Positions 50,753-62,590 are shown, counted from the first letter of the whole stretch. The stretch is 63,903 nt of DNA, filler included, from Acetivibrio sp. (GCF_035371925.1; 4 parts of 4 records of this genome joined end to end with filler, not necessarily neighbours in it); one strand, 5' to 3'. Notes: generated from the letters alone by a model not told the origin. Numbers and translations are program-made.

Positions 50753-51685
50753 TTATGAACCCTCTTTTTTCTCTTCAATAGGGTCCATATGGACTACTAT
50801 ATCAACCCCAAGCTCATTTTTTATTTTTTGCTCAATTTCATCAATTATCGAATGTATTTTAACTATATTCTCCCCTTCATATACTTCGGCATGAATTGAT
50901 GCGCTTATTCTTCCGGGGCCGTAATCATGAACTTTAAGGTCATGGATGCCCTTTATTTCATCTGTGTTGAAATATGCTTTTATCTTTTTAGTGAGTTCTT
51001 CATCGGGACATAAGCCCAAAAGCAGGTCCACCGCATCTTTCGCAATACTAAATCCCGTATACATAATCAACGCGGATATGATCAGACCCATAATTCCATC
51101 TAACGGAAAGGCGACAACTCTTCCGATTAATGTTCCGGCCACCACTGCAGTTGTGGCAACGGCATCATTGAGGCTGTCTTGAGCCGTCGCTTTATTAATG
51201 CTCGAATTGATTATTCTCCCTATGTATCTATTGTATGAAAACATCCACAATTTTACAAGTATCGAGATGATAAGCATTGAAATAGATATTGCGTTAAATG
51301 TCACTTCTTCGGGTTTGATTATTTTCCCAAAGGAATTTCTTAAAAGCTCAAGGCCAACCGCAAATATAATAAACGACACCACAAGAGAAGATATATACTC
51401 ATACCTTCCGTGCCCATGGGGATGCTCATCGTCTGGAGGCCGGTTGCTGAGCTTTACCCCCAGTATCGCAACCACTGATGAACCTAAGTCGCTCAAATTG
51501 TTAAAGGCATCGGAGATTACTGCAATACTGTTTATGAAGAGTCCCGTGGTTATTTTTAAACTAAATAAAAACACATTGCAAATAATTCCTATTACTCCCG
51601 ACAACACTCCGTAGGATTCCCTTACCTTTTTATCCTCCACATTTTGATAATCCTTAATACACCACTTAATTAAAAGTTTAATCAA
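50753..51685 (-). CDS. Cation diffusion facilitator transporter
   Basis: Motifs SDAFNNLSD, HPHGHGRYEY, DSLND and HDLKVHDYG. Confidence 0.92.
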   Translation of the reverse strand: MIKLLIKWCIKDYQNVEDKKVRESYGVLSGVIGIICNVFLFSLKITTGLFINSIAVISDAFNNLSDLGSSVVAILGVKLSNRPPDDEHPHGHGRYEYISSLVVSFIIFAVGLELLRNSFGKIIKPEEVTFNAISISMLIISILVKLWMFSYNRYIGRIINSSINKATAQDSLNDAVATTAVVAGTLIGRVVAFPLDGIMGLIISALIMYTGFSIAKDAVDLLLGLCPDEELTKKIKAYFNTDEIKGIHDLKVHDYGPGRISASIHAEVYEGENIVKIHSIIDEIEQKIKNELGVDIVVHMDPIEEKKEGS

Positions 51686-51902
51686 TTTTAGACCTCCATT
51701 TCAAATTGGCGATGCTTATAAAAATTATTTACCCATATAATTAGTATATTCTACAGAGTGCAAAAAACACATCTGCGGAATACCCCTTCCCACAGATGTG
51801 TTTATGTGCTCCACAGTTAAATTCTCTTGAGCAGTGGAGTTTCCTTATAAATTAATCGTCTTGTAATTTAATTTTCTAAATACTGTTTAAAAAATCGAGG
51901 TA

Positions 51903-52673
51903 TTATTTTATCGCACTTTTCATTTTACGCACATACTCTTCGACATGGGGTATACATTTTTCACCGTATTGAGCTACAATTTTTACAATTGCACTTCCAA
52001 CTATTACCCCATCGGAGAATCCGGCCATTTCGGCAGCCTGCTCCGGGGTGGAAATGCCAAATCCAATGGCACACGGAATGTCTTTAACCTCTTTTACAAC
52101 CTGTATCATTTCTTTGGCATCATCGCCGATTTTGTCCCTGACACCGGTAACACCCATGGAAGATACACAGTAAATAAAGCCCTCGGCTTCCTTGGCAATC
52201 ATTCGAATGCGTTCCTTCGACGTGGGTGCTATCATTGAAATAAGCCGGACATCATATTCTTTGCAGAAAGGAGCCAATTCCTCCTTTTCCTCAAAGGGAA
52301 TATCGGGAACAATGAGGGCATCAATTCCTGTTTCGCTGCATTTTCTCAAAAACTTTTCAGTCCCGTAAGTAAAGATTGGATTTGCATATGTCATAAAAGC
52401 AATAGGTACATCGCATGATTTGCGAATGCGTCCCACCATTTCAAAAATCCTGTCCGTTGTCGCACCGGCCGATAAAGCACGGCAATCCGCTTCCTGAATA
52501 ACCGGTCCTTCCGCAACCGGGTCGGAAAACGGTATTCCCAGCTCAATCAAATCCGCCCCGGCTTTTGCCATCGTGTATACCAATTGTTCGGTTATCTCCA
52601 ATGACGGGTCTCCCGCTGTGATAAAAGGAATAAATGCTTTCCCGCAGCCAAATGCCCTCTCTAATTTATTCAT
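51903..52673 (-). CDS. trpA: Tryptophan synthase alpha chain
   Basis: Motifs [30 protein letters not shown] and DGVIVGSA. Confidence 0.96.
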   Translation of the reverse strand: MNKLERAFGCGKAFIPFITAGDPSLEITEQLVYTMAKAGADLIELGIPFSDPVAEGPVIQEADCRALSAGATTDRIFEMVGRIRKSCDVPIAFMTYANPIFTYGTEKFLRKCSETGIDALIVPDIPFEEKEELAPFCKEYDVRLISMIAPTSKERIRMIAKEAEGFIYCVSSMGVTGVRDKIGDDAKEMIQVVKEVKDIPCAIGFGISTPEQAAEMAGFSDGVIVGSAIVKIVAQYGEKCIPHVEEYVRKMKSAIK

Positions 52674-53850
52674 AAATTTGCACCCCCCTGTAACGCGCTA
52701 TAGCCGCAACATCTTTATCTCCTCTTCCTGAAAGACATACAACAATGATTTGATCCTTGCCCATCGCCGGCGCAAGCTTCTTGGCATACGCCACAGCATG
52801 GGAGCTCTCAATTGCAGGAATTATACCCTCTGTACGGGAGAGGTATTCAAAAGCCTCCACAGCTTCATCGTCGGTAACAGCTACATATTGAGCCCTTCCA
52901 ATATCCTTTAGGTGCGCATGCTCCGGTCCCACACCCGGGTAGTCCAGCCCTGCCGAAATGGAATAAACCGGTGCAATCTGTCCATACTCATCCTGGCAGA
53001 AATAAGACTTCATACCGTGGAAAATTCCCAGAGTACCCTTGGTCATTGTTGCCGCATGCTTGTCGGTGTCCACTCCTTTTCCTGCAGCCTCACATCCGAT
53101 AAGGCGAACACTTGGGTCTTCAATAAAATCATAAAACGCTCCTATTGCATTGCTGCCTCCGCCAACACAGGCCATAACAACGTCGGGAAGCCTTCCTTCT
53201 TTCTCGATAATCTGCTTTTTTATCTCCCGGCTGATTACGCTCTGAAAATCTCTCACAATGGTCGGGAACGGATGCGGTCCCATGACGGAGCCCAGCACAT
53301 AGTGGGTGTCATCAACCCTCCTTGACCATTCTCTCATAGTTTCATTTACGGCATCCTTCAACGTCTGGGTACCGCTTGTAACAGCATGAACCTTGGCTCC
53401 CAAAAGCTCCATTCTAAACACGTTCAATGCCTGACGCTCCGTGTCCTCCTTGCCCATGAATATTTCACATTCCAGTCCCATAAGCGCTGCAGCCGTTGCC
53501 GTTGCAACACCATGCTGTCCGGCACCGGTCTCGGCAATTACACGGGTTTTACCCATGCGTTTTGCAAGAAGCACCTGTCCCAAAACATTGTTTATTTTAT
53601 GGGAACCTGTATGATTGAGGTCCTCACGTTTAAAATAAATCTTTGCTCCGTTAAGGTCCTTCGTCATCTTCTCCGCATAATATAGCAGAGACGGACGTCC
53701 TGCATAGTTTTTCAACAAGTCATTAAGTTCTGCTATAAACTGAGGATCGTTTTTAAAGTGATTATATGCCTCTTCCAATTCAATCACGGCTTTCATCAAC
53801 AGTTCCGGAATGTATTGCCCGCCGTGGATTCCAAATCTTCCTTTTGACAT
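52666..53850 (-). CDS. trpB: Tryptophan synthase beta chain
   Basis: Motifs [20 protein letters not shown] and [10 protein letters not shown]. Likely start MSKGRF at 53850. Confidence 0.96.
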   Translation of the reverse strand: MSKGRFGIHGGQYIPELLMKAVIELEEAYNHFKNDPQFIAELNDLLKNYAGRPSLLYYAEKMTKDLNGAKIYFKREDLNHTGSHKINNVLGQVLLAKRMGKTRVIAETGAGQHGVATATAAALMGLECEIFMGKEDTERQALNVFRMELLGAKVHAVTSGTQTLKDAVNETMREWSRRVDDTHYVLGSVMGPHPFPTIVRDFQSVISREIKKQIIEKEGRLPDVVMACVGGGSNAIGAFYDFIEDPSVRLIGCEAAGKGVDTDKHAATMTKGTLGIFHGMKSYFCQDEYGQIAPVYSISAGLDYPGVGPEHAHLKDIGRAQYVAVTDDEAVEAFEYLSRTEGIIPAIESSHAVAYAKKLAPAMGKDQIIVVCLSGRGDKDVAAIARYRGVQIYE

Positions 53851-53887
53851 ATACGTCACCCTCCTTTTTAAAAATAAACTATACAAA

Positions 53888-54155
53888 ATAAAAAACGCCT
53901 TTATCCCTCGATAGGGACAAAAGCCTTCAACTTCTGTGGTGCCACCCAAATTGACGAATAAATCGTCCTCTCATTTTTGTATACTAACATATACACCCCA
54001 CTGATAACGGACAGGGTTCCCGTAAGCGCCTACTCTTTTTTCAATTTCGGGCTTCCCTCACAAGTCCATTCGGAACAACCTTTGCAACTGCACTCCCAGC
54101 AACCGGCAGCTCTCTTTGTGCAAGCAGTTGTACCTACTACTCTTGCTCATAGGTT
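53888..54155 (-). promoter_or_regulatory. Trp T-box riboswitch
   Basis: Stem I with AGAGA/GCTG motifs, specifier TGG (54068-54066, in GAATGGA), T-box AATTTGGGTGGCACCAC, then a terminator with U-tract. Confidence 0.92.
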
Positions 54156-54237
54156 TATTTATGTTATTATGATTAGTATATCATCAAATAACTAATTTTG
54201 TCAACAGCAAAATTTCCTCCAGAAGAAGATTGCTCCT

Positions 54238-54807
54238 TTAGAAAGGAAGAATACCGAGGTGCTCAAGAAGGATTTTACACCCCATTGCAATTAGAATAAA
54301 CCCACCTGCAACTTCTGCTTTTGACTGAAACTTTTCTCCGAACACATTGCCAATCTTTACTCCTGCAAATGAAAAAGTAAAAGTGGTTATTCCTATCATT
54401 GTAACCGCAGGAATAATATTTACCTGTAAAAAGGCAAAGGTCACACCTATTGCCAGGGCATCAACACTTGTGGCAAATGCCATCATTGTAAGACTCTTAA
54501 GGCTAAAAGAGTCGTCTTCATCATATACTTCGCAGGTGTTTCGGGATTCCTTTATCATATTAATACCGATAATCGAAAGCAATCCAAAAGCAATCCAGTG
54601 GTCGATTGAGGTTATGTAGCTTTTAAACTGTGTTCCCAAAAGGTAGCCCAATAGGGGCATAAAGGCCTGGAACCCTCCGAAAAAGCAACCGGTTATAATT
54701 GCGTTCCTATAACTCATTTTTTTCATTGACAAGCCCTTACAGATTGCAACTGCAAAAGCATCCATCGAAAGTCCCACTGCAATAATCAGCAATTCTATAT
54801 TTCCCAT
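54238..54807 (-). CDS. mntP: Manganese efflux pump MntP
   Basis: Motifs [20 protein letters not shown] and [10 protein letters not shown]. Confidence 0.92.
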   Translation of the reverse strand: MGNIELLIIAVGLSMDAFAVAICKGLSMKKMSYRNAIITGCFFGGFQAFMPLLGYLLGTQFKSYITSIDHWIAFGLLSIIGINMIKESRNTCEVYDEDDSFSLKSLTMMAFATSVDALAIGVTFAFLQVNIIPAVTMIGITTFTFSFAGVKIGNVFGEKFQSKAEVAGGFILIAMGCKILLEHLGILPF

Positions 54808-55102
54808 TCTTTTATGCTCCTTTGTATGTCAACTTGGCGTATAACAAGCACTGTACAAACCCACCTGAAATTTCAATAATATTTATACTAGCATAATTTC
54901 AATAAATTGCATAGATAATTTTTGCCGACTTCAATATCAAATTTTATACAATTACTTTAGGCTTTATACAACATCCATATTTATCGTAAAACCCTCCTTT
55001 TTCCTACAGATATCTGTCATTGAATTGACACTTTACTACTAAAATAGAGTATGAGATAATTATTTTCGTAAAAATGCAATTATTTAGAAAAGGGGTCGAA
55101 AA

Positions 55103-56083
55103 ATGAACAAGAAACAGCTAATAGGATTAATTGTAGCAGGAGTAGTATTTGTTTTTGTTTGTTCTTCAAGCATTTTAATGAACACTGTTTCAAAAAAACT
55201 AGGATCATCTCTAAATCTCAGTAATATCGAAAACAGCCTTCCTCTTAGTCCATATATTGGTGTGATAAGTGTGGAAGGTACTATAGCGGACAGCGATTCA
55301 ACCGCAAGCTTTATGGGAAGCGGATACAACCATAAAGAAACGCTGGAGCTTATTGAGGATATGAAAAACTCATCAAGCAACAAAGGTATCCTGTTGTATG
55401 TAGATTCCCCCGGCGGCGGCGTTTACGAAAGCGATGAATTATACTTGAAATTGAAAGAATACAAAGAAGAAACCGGAAGGCCGGTATGGACATATATGTC
55501 AAATCAGGCATGCTCCGGCGGTTATTACATTTCAATGGCATCCGACAAAGTATACTCAAATAGAAACACTTGGACCGGCTCCATCGGTGTTATCATTTCC
55601 CTGACAAATCTTAAAGAGTTGTATGATAACATCGGAATTAAAGGTATTTATATCACAAGCGGCAAAAACAAAGCAATGGGTGCTGCCGACCTGGATTTAA
55701 CGGATGAGCAGCGTGACATATTGCAAAGTCTCGTAGACGAAGCATATGAGCAATTTGTTGAAATTGTGGCCGAAGGCAGAAAAATGACCGTAGATGAGGT
55801 GAAAAAAATTGCCGACGGCAGGATTCTTTCCGCAAAACAGGCCCTCGAACTCAACCTTATCGACGAAATAGCCACATATGAAGAAGTAAAAGAAGCTTTC
55901 AGTACGGAGCTGGGAGATGTTGAAGTCTATACACCTGAAAAGAACGATCCTTTCGGGCTAAGCTCCTTATTCGGTTATATAAGCAGCTTAAGACCTCGCT
56001 CTGATGCGGAAATAATATCCGAATTAATAAAGGCCAATGGAAATGGGGTGCCAATGTATTATGCAATGCCAGGACAATACTAA
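55103..56083 (+). CDS. sppA: Signal peptide peptidase SppA
   Basis: Motifs DSPGG, ACSGGYYIS, TGSIGVI and ADGRILSAKQA. Confidence 0.92.
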   Translation: MNKKQLIGLIVAGVVFVFVCSSSILMNTVSKKLGSSLNLSNIENSLPLSPYIGVISVEGTIADSDSTASFMGSGYNHKETLELIEDMKNSSSNKGILLYVDSPGGGVYESDELYLKLKEYKEETGRPVWTYMSNQACSGGYYISMASDKVYSNRNTWTGSIGVIISLTNLKELYDNIGIKGIYITSGKNKAMGAADLDLTDEQRDILQSLVDEAYEQFVEIVAEGRKMTVDEVKKIADGRILSAKQALELNLIDEIATYEEVKEAFSTELGDVEVYTPEKNDPFGLSSLFGYISSLRPRSDAEIISELIKANGNGVPMYYAMPGQY

Positions 56084-56834
56084 GACCATTTATGCAGGTT
56101 TTGGAGCCCGGCTGTCAGCATATCTTATTGATTCCTTGCTGGTGGGAATTGGGCTTTTAGTTGTGCGGATACCGATGCTTATAGCTTATCTTTTTGGATC
56201 TTCGAGTTTTATTACAAAACCGATACTGTTTGAGTTCAATATCTTTGACATTGTTATTTATTTGCTAAGCATTCTGTATTATACTCTAATGACATATTAC
56301 TCCGGCTCGACACTGGGAAAAAAATATCTCAATCTTAAAGTGGTGAGTGCCAGCGGCGAAAAATTAACATTTATCAATGTACTATATAGAGAAACCATCG
56401 GTAAATACTTGTCGGGAGTTGTTATGTTTGTAGGTTATTTCCTGATTGCAATTGACGAGCAAAAACGCGGACTTCATGACATACTGTGCGACACCAGAGT
56501 TATTTATAACTTCAAAGTACCCGTTAAAGTAGTGGAAAGGGCTCCCGGTAAAAAATATGCCTGGACATGGAGTGTAAAAGAGGAATTTATGAACGACTTT
56601 TTGGAATTGCATTTAAAGCCTTCGGAAGAAATCCTCCAAGAGCAAAGAAAGGCAGGATATAAAAATTCTTCTTTTTTCAACAACGGCAATCAGTTCTTTT
56701 TTGTATTTGAATGCGACAACATCGAGTATGCCAATAACTATTTATCCTCAAGCCAGGTATGCCGCCAGTGGTATGAAAGCATTTCACCCATGGTGGAAAG
56801 CTCTTTTAATTTGAAAAACGGCTTAGCCGTTTAA
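56064..56834 (+). CDS. RDD family membrane protein fused to an L-rhamnose mutarotase-like C-terminal domain
   Basis: RDD motifs GARLSAYLID, TLGKK and RGLHDILCDTRV, then YAWTW...ELH...AGYKNSSFF...VCRQWY. Confidence 0.75.
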   Translation, partial: QCQDNTKTIYAGFGARLSAYLIDSLLVGIGLLVVRIPMLIAYLFGSSSFITKPILFEFNIFDIVIYLLSILYYTLMTYYSGSTLGKKYLNLKVVSASGEKLTFINVLYRETIGKYLSGVVMFVGYFLIAIDEQKRGLHDILCDTRVIYNFKVPVKVVERAPGKKYAWTWSVKEEFMNDFLELHLKPSEEILQEQRKAGYKNSSFFNNGNQFFFVFECDNIEYANNYLSSSQVCRQWYESISPMVESSFNLKNGLAV

Positions 56835-56855
56835 AAGCCATTATATTTTTCGAAT

Positions 56856-56912
56856 AAAACAAGCCTTCATTCATCTATTCCACAAGCTTTCAAAATGAAT
56901 GAAGGCTGTTTT
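56856..56912. terminator. Bidirectional terminator
   Basis: AAAACAAGCCTTCATTCAT...ATGAATGAAGGCTGTTTT between convergent genes. Confidence 0.75.
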
Positions 56913-56927
56913 GCTCTTTATTTATAT

Positions 56928-58061
56928 TTATTTTGAATTAATATTCTGTTTTTGAGCTCTTCTTAAAACATCATTTTTCACCAAAGTAAAAATAACTGTT
57001 GCAATCGGTACTCCTAGCAAAACGCCAACCGAACCTCCAACTCCGGCGCCCACAATTACCGCCAGAACAACCCATATTCCGGGAAGACCGAGACTGCTTC
57101 CCGCCACCCTTGGATATATTAAATTGTTTTCCAGCTGCTGCAATACTATCAGGTAAACCAAAAACCATATGGCTTTGGTTGGCGAAATCATTAACAGGAG
57201 CATGAAGGCGCAAAATCCTCCTATATATGCCCCAAAATACGGCACCAGTGCGGTAATCGCAATTAAAACACTTATGAGCAGCGCATATTCGAACCTGAGA
57301 ATAATCATCCCGATAAAACATAGAGAACCTAAAATAAAGGCCTCTGCCAGCTGTCCATATATATATTTGTTAAACACATCCACTACAACACGATATACAT
57401 AAGCTCCCTTATTATACAAGCCTTTGGGCAAATATGTGCCGAAAACTTTTTTGCATTGCCCCATAAGCCTTTCTTTTCCCGCTAAAATATATATGGAGAA
57501 TACCACTGTTATTACCAATGTTGCAATGAATGACACCACTCCTGTCGTAATGCTGATAATCTTCGGCATAAGCTCGGTTATACTGCTTCCCAGCTTGTTT
57601 GTATATTCAAGAATTAATTTGTCCAAAGAAGAAAGGTCAATCTTTTCAAGGCCCAAAAGCTCAGATACTTCATTGGTCAAATCACAGAAATTGTCGATAT
57701 ACGCTCCCATATTGTTTAAGAATACCTGTATACTTTTTATGAGCTCCGGTATTATAAAGCTTATTATCAGCGTAATCATCAAAAATACCAGTAAATATGT
57801 AATCGTAATTGCCAGTCCCCTTGCAACACTCTTTAACCGGTTCTTGAATAATCTTTTATTCAAAAACTTTTCAACTGCCATACACGGCTTGTTTAAAACA
57901 AAAGCAATGGCAATTCCGATAAAAAAAGGCTTGAACAAAACAATAAATTTCCATACGGCCTGCATTATCGGTGTAAAATTGATAACAATGAGAACCAATG
58001 CCACTGCATATGTAATGACAATTATGAGATTCCTTGTCATTTTGTCACTCAATAAAATCAA
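56928..58061 (-). CDS. AI-2E family transporter
   Basis: Motifs PFFIGIAIAFVLN, LVPYFG, QQLENNLIYP and GVLLGVP. Confidence 0.9.
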   Translation of the reverse strand: MILLSDKMTRNLIIVITYAVALVLIVINFTPIMQAVWKFIVLFKPFFIGIAIAFVLNKPCMAVEKFLNKRLFKNRLKSVARGLAITITYLLVFLMITLIISFIIPELIKSIQVFLNNMGAYIDNFCDLTNEVSELLGLEKIDLSSLDKLILEYTNKLGSSITELMPKIISITTGVVSFIATLVITVVFSIYILAGKERLMGQCKKVFGTYLPKGLYNKGAYVYRVVVDVFNKYIYGQLAEAFILGSLCFIGMIILRFEYALLISVLIAITALVPYFGAYIGGFCAFMLLLMISPTKAIWFLVYLIVLQQLENNLIYPRVAGSSLGLPGIWVVLAVIVGAGVGGSVGVLLGVPIATVIFTLVKNDVLRRAQKQNINSK

Positions 58062-58366
58062 CTCCTCAAGAAATGAAGCTATATCATATACATTATTCTT
58101 ATTATATTATGAACAGCTTAGAAAGGACAATAAGATAATATATATTTTCTATTATTTTCAAAATCTATTTTATTATATATGGAGATAATAATCAATATTA
58201 TTTGTGAAATTATTGCGATATCAGGGCATTATAATATTACAATTTTATTGTATTATATCATAAAATATGTTAGTATAAGCACGGGATAATTATATTTTAT
58301 GTCTAAATAAATAAAAAAGAGCATTTTTATGTCCTTTAATACCTGCTCGTACAAGGAGTGTAAAAT

Positions 58367-59302
58367 ATGGAAGAAAATATGGAGGGTAAAATCGAAAGCA
58401 ATTTAGAAAACAATGGAGACGGTTCTGTTGAAAATTCTTCTGAAGCTCCGGGAGAAATCCGCATGGACAGCAGCATGGAGAACAGTAGTGTAAGTACTTT
58501 TACAAAGGTTCATACCACCGTTTCGTTTATTGTAATGGTTTTCGTAAGTTTTTTAGCCAATGCCATTCCCTTTAACAAAATGACAACAGGAGAAATATCC
58601 GAGCTCTATCCGAATCTTTTTGCCCCCGCAGGTATGGCCTTTTTAATATGGAGAGTTATTTATCTTTTACTTGCGGCATATACAATTTATCAGTTCGGCT
58701 TTTTAAAGAAAAATGACAGGGTCTTTAGCAAAGATTTAATTGAACATATAGGAGTTTTCTTCTCAATTTCATCCATTGCAAATACTGCATGGATATTCGC
58801 ATGGCATTACAACGCCATCAGCATGTCCCTAATATTAATTGCCATTACGCTGATATGCTTGATTTACATTAATCTAAAGCTTAGAAAAGCAAATCTTGCA
58901 TCGATAGAAAAGCTCTTCTTAAGACTTCCTTTCAGTATTTATTTCGGATGGATTACAATGGCGGCAATCGCCAATACCATTACATTTCTTTCAAGCATTC
59001 AATGGAATTGGTTCGGCATTTCCGAATCTATCTATACCACACTTGTTTTGATTGTTACTCTTTTAGTTTGCGGCATCATAATATTCAAAAATCAGGACTT
59101 TGCTTATGGTCTTTCCATTATCTGGGCCTTCATCGGTATTTTGATAAGGCATACTTCCGACAGCGGCTTTGGCGGTAAATACCCCGGTATTATTATTGTT
59201 CTCATTGTAAGTATCGTCTTGTTGCTTATTACCGACGTTTACATATTGGTTTCGGACAAAGAAAAGTTAAAAAGTTTCAAGCTGATTAAGCGATTAAAAT
59301 AA
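58367..59302 (+). CDS. TspO/MBR-related tryptophan-rich membrane protein
   Basis: LFAPAG..F.IW..IY, NTAWIFAW and PFSIYFGWIT, multiple TM segments and an acidic N-terminal tail. Confidence 0.75.
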   Translation: MEENMEGKIESNLENNGDGSVENSSEAPGEIRMDSSMENSSVSTFTKVHTTVSFIVMVFVSFLANAIPFNKMTTGEISELYPNLFAPAGMAFLIWRVIYLLLAAYTIYQFGFLKKNDRVFSKDLIEHIGVFFSISSIANTAWIFAWHYNAISMSLILIAITLICLIYINLKLRKANLASIEKLFLRLPFSIYFGWITMAAIANTITFLSSIQWNWFGISESIYTTLVLIVTLLVCGIIIFKNQDFAYGLSIIWAFIGILIRHTSDSGFGGKYPGIIIVLIVSIVLLLITDVYILVSDKEKLKSFKLIKRLK

Positions 59303-59625
59303 TGGGAAATATAAAAAAAATAATCGCTGAATGATATTTTTTAATATCCTCTATGATATAATAACGAATGGAAAAAAATTAAATTAAATGTGGGCATTAT
59401 TATTTAGTTTTAGCATAATTTAAAATTTATTATAATAAAAAACAGAAGGGAGGTTTATTTTCTAGTATCAGCCGTACTTTTGCTTCTGGTGCTAAATCAA
59501 AAGCAAACTTTTTTCCAATTTTAGCTTTTCATCTTATGATTATCAAATGAGAAGCCGAAATAAGATTTATGTTAATTTACTTTCTGTTTTTCAAAAAGCA
59601 GAAAGAATTTAAGTTCACCAAGGAG

Positions 59626-59725
59626 NNNNNNNNNNNNNNNNNNNNNNNNNNNNNNNNNNNNNNNNNNNNTTAATTAATTAANNNNNNNNNNNNNNNNNNN
59701 NNNNNNNNNNNNNNNNNNNNNNNNN
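59626..59725. other. Artificial contig linker
   Basis: 100-bp N-run containing TTAATTAATTAA. Confidence 0.97.
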
Positions 59726-60011
59726 TTTCTCAAAATTTTTATTATAAACTCTTGACTTTAATTAGCTGGTCTTTCTTTTTGTTATAAAAATTATTTGCAT
59801 TAAATTACTTAATTTCAGTGGACAAATTTATATTTTGCTTTATCATTTATATTATGAATTAATAACATTATAATTATTCAAAACGGGCAAACTATAGTTT
59901 GCATATTCAATGAAATTGAAGGCGGGGAAATTTGGCGAAAAATAAGAATTTGTTGTATTTACTTCGAATGATATATCTGGTAAAATTGATTTGACAAGTT
60001 CATATAAGTCA

Positions 60012-60318
60012 AAGATAGTGATTGAGTAGAGTATCCTATAGAAGATGGAGCCATCCTGATAAGAGAGGAATTGCCAGAGGCTGAGAGCAGTTCCAAGGAA
60101 ATGGGTAGGAGAAGTGCACTCATGAATCGGAAAGCTGAAATCTACGGGAGGCAGTTAAAGTGCCGGTAATTTCACCGTGTTAAAGTAGGTTTTCCCGGAA
60201 GAAGCACCGTTATGCAAATGAGATGGATTATTCCAGATTGATACACAGAATAATTCCAATTAGAGTGGAACCGCGATTGTACCTCGCCTCTATGTTTTAT
60301 AGGGCGGGGTTTTAATTT
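60012..60318 (+). promoter_or_regulatory. Cys T-box riboswitch
   Basis: AGAGA/GCTG stem I motifs, specifier TGC (60115-60117), T-box AATTAGAGTGGAACCGCG, then a terminator hairpin with U-tract. Confidence 0.9.
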
Positions 60319-60407
60319 GTACAGGCATAGATTTATGATGAAAATACTTATTATATTATTTGAATTTGTGTGGTAAGTATAAATTATACTGAACAATTAA
60401 TCGGGAT

Positions 60408-61157
60408 GTGATAAGTAAAATGTTCAAGCAGTTTATTGAGGATGCAAAATCGATTGCCGAAAGGGATCCGGCGGCAACAAGTGTGCTGGAGGTTATCTTT
60501 TTATACTCAGGATTCCATGCGGTTTGTTTCCACAGGATTGCCCACTGGTTTTACAACAAGAATATGCGTTTTGTTGCCAGATTTATTTCGCAGCTAAGCA
60601 GATTCTTGACGGGTATCGAAATACATCCCGGGGCGAAAATAGGCAAAGGGCTGTTTATAGACCATGGCATGGGCGTGGTAATAGGTGAGACGGCAGAGGT
60701 GGGAGACAATTGTACGATTTACCACAATGTTACCCTTGGAGGAACAGGAAAAGACAAGGGAAAGAGACATCCCACCATAGGAAACAACGTGCTTATCAGT
60801 ACCGGAGCGAAGGTGCTGGGCCCGTTCAAAGTGGGAGACAATTCTCGAATCGGAGCCAATGCTGTGGTTTTAAACGAGGTTGAGCCGAATACTACAGTGG
60901 TTGGAGTGCCGGGAAGAGCGGTTAAAAGGGGAGATCAGAAGATTGTACCCTCTATTGAATTGGATCAAATACATATCCCCGACCCGGTTGCTCAAGAGCT
61001 GTGCAGGATAAGGCAGAAAATAGAGAGCTTGGAGAGGGAGCTTTTGGAGCTGCGGCACAGCTCGCAAGGTGAGAAAACGCAGTCAGCGTCTCAAGAAGTG
61101 TATGAAAAATGTCAAGTGGAGATGGGAAAGGAGTTAACAGAAGATGAGACTTTATAA
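60408..61157 (+). CDS. cysE: Serine O-acetyltransferase
   Basis: Motifs [20 protein letters not shown] and KRHPT, with hexapeptide repeats. Confidence 0.95.
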   Translation: MISKMFKQFIEDAKSIAERDPAATSVLEVIFLYSGFHAVCFHRIAHWFYNKNMRFVARFISQLSRFLTGIEIHPGAKIGKGLFIDHGMGVVIGETAEVGDNCTIYHNVTLGGTGKDKGKRHPTIGNNVLISTGAKVLGPFKVGDNSRIGANAVVLNEVEPNTTVVGVPGRAVKRGDQKIVPSIELDQIHIPDPVAQELCRIRQKIESLERELLELRHSSQGEKTQSASQEVYEKCQVEMGKELTEDETL

Positions 61158-62550
61158 CACTTTGACTCGGAGAAAGGAAGAGTTTGAACCTATTGACGAA
61201 AAGGAAGTGAAAATGTACTCATGCGGGCCTACGGTTTACAATTACTTCCACATAGGAAATGCCCGTCCGTTCATCATATTTGACACTTTGAGAAGGTACC
61301 TTGAATACAAGGGCTACAACGTGAAGTTTGTGCAGAATTTCACCGACATAGACGACAAAATGATAAAGAGGGCAAATGAGGAAGGAATAACGGTAAGGGA
61401 GCTTGCAGACAAATTTATAAACGAATATTTTGTAGATGCAAAGGGCCTTGGAATAAAAGAGGCGACAATACATCCTAGGGCAACGGAAAACATAGATGCG
61501 ATAATTGACATGATTAAAAAGCTCGAAGATAAGGGTTTTGCCTATAATGTGGACGGAGATGTGTATTTTAGCGCCAAAAGATTTGAAGAATACGGAAAAC
61601 TGTCCCATCAGTCGTTGGAGGATTTGGAGCTTGGCGCAAGAATTGACGTGAACGAAAGAAAGAAGGACCCTATGGATTTTGCGTTGTGGAAGGCTCAAAA
61701 ACCGGGAGAGCCAGCCTGGGACAGTCCATGGGGAAAGGGAAGGCCGGGTTGGCATATTGAATGCTCTGCCATGGCAAACAAGTATCTTGGAGAGACAATA
61801 GACATTCACAGCGGTGGGCAGGACTTGGTATTTCCCCACCACGACAATGAGATTGCCCAGAGTGAAGCTGCCAACGGCAAGCCCTTTGCAAGATTTTGGC
61901 TTCATAATGGTTTTATAAATGTAGACGGCGAAAAAATGGCAAAATCAAAGGGAAATTTCTTTACGGTAAGGGATATCGCAAAGACCTTTGATTATGAAGT
62001 GATAAGGTTCTTTATGCTTTCGGCCCATTACAGAAGTCCCATAAATTTCAGTGCAGAGCTTTTGGAGCAGGCGAAAAACGGGCTTGAGAGGATATACACC
62101 TGCCTTGACAATCTTGAGTACTTAAAAGGGCATGCACAGCTTGAGAAAATGACAGAAGGCGAAGGGCAGTTTAAAGAGGACCTTCTCAAGATTAAGGCAA
62201 AATTCGTTGAAGCCATGGATGACGATATCAATACGGCGGATGCCATTGCAGCTATTTTTGATATTGTAAAGGAAGTCAACACCAATATAAATGCAACCTC
62301 CAATTCATCAAAGGAAATCATTGAATACTCCCATTTACTGATAAAAGAGTTGGGAGGGGTGCTGGGAATTGCCCAAAATGACAGGCAAAAAAGCATTGAC
62401 AGCGAGATTCAAGAGCTTATTGACAGAAGGCAGCAGGCAAGAAAGGAAAAAGATTGGAAGACGGCTGATGAAATCAGAGACAAGTTAAAAGAAATGGGAA
62501 TAATACTTGAAGACACTCCCCAGGGAGTAAAATGGACAATAAAAAAGTAA
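61144..62550 (+). CDS. cysS: Cysteine--tRNA ligase
   Basis: [18 protein letters not shown] and KMAKSKGN (KMSKS-type). Confidence 0.97.
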   Translation: MRLYNTLTRRKEEFEPIDEKEVKMYSCGPTVYNYFHIGNARPFIIFDTLRRYLEYKGYNVKFVQNFTDIDDKMIKRANEEGITVRELADKFINEYFVDAKGLGIKEATIHPRATENIDAIIDMIKKLEDKGFAYNVDGDVYFSAKRFEEYGKLSHQSLEDLELGARIDVNERKKDPMDFALWKAQKPGEPAWDSPWGKGRPGWHIECSAMANKYLGETIDIHSGGQDLVFPHHDNEIAQSEAANGKPFARFWLHNGFINVDGEKMAKSKGNFFTVRDIAKTFDYEVIRFFMLSAHYRSPINFSAELLEQAKNGLERIYTCLDNLEYLKGHAQLEKMTEGEGQFKEDLLKIKAKFVEAMDDDINTADAIAAIFDIVKEVNTNINATSNSSKEIIEYSHLLIKELGGVLGIAQNDRQKSIDSEIQELIDRRQQARKEKDWKTADEIRDKLKEMGIILEDTPQGVKWTIKK

Positions 62551-62590
62551 AGTTGAAAATTTGCGGGCTGCTTTAGAGGCAGCCTGCATA

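Noticed and set aside
53977..54195. 72-aa plus-strand ORF
   Set aside because: Antisense to the Trp T-box leader, with no RBS or motif.
54808..55080. yybP-ykoY Mn riboswitch expected upstream of mntP
   Set aside because: The characteristic GGGGAGUAG core and paired junction were not found on the minus strand.
60172..60396. 74-aa minus-strand ORF
   Set aside because: Antisense to the Cys T-box leader; spurious.
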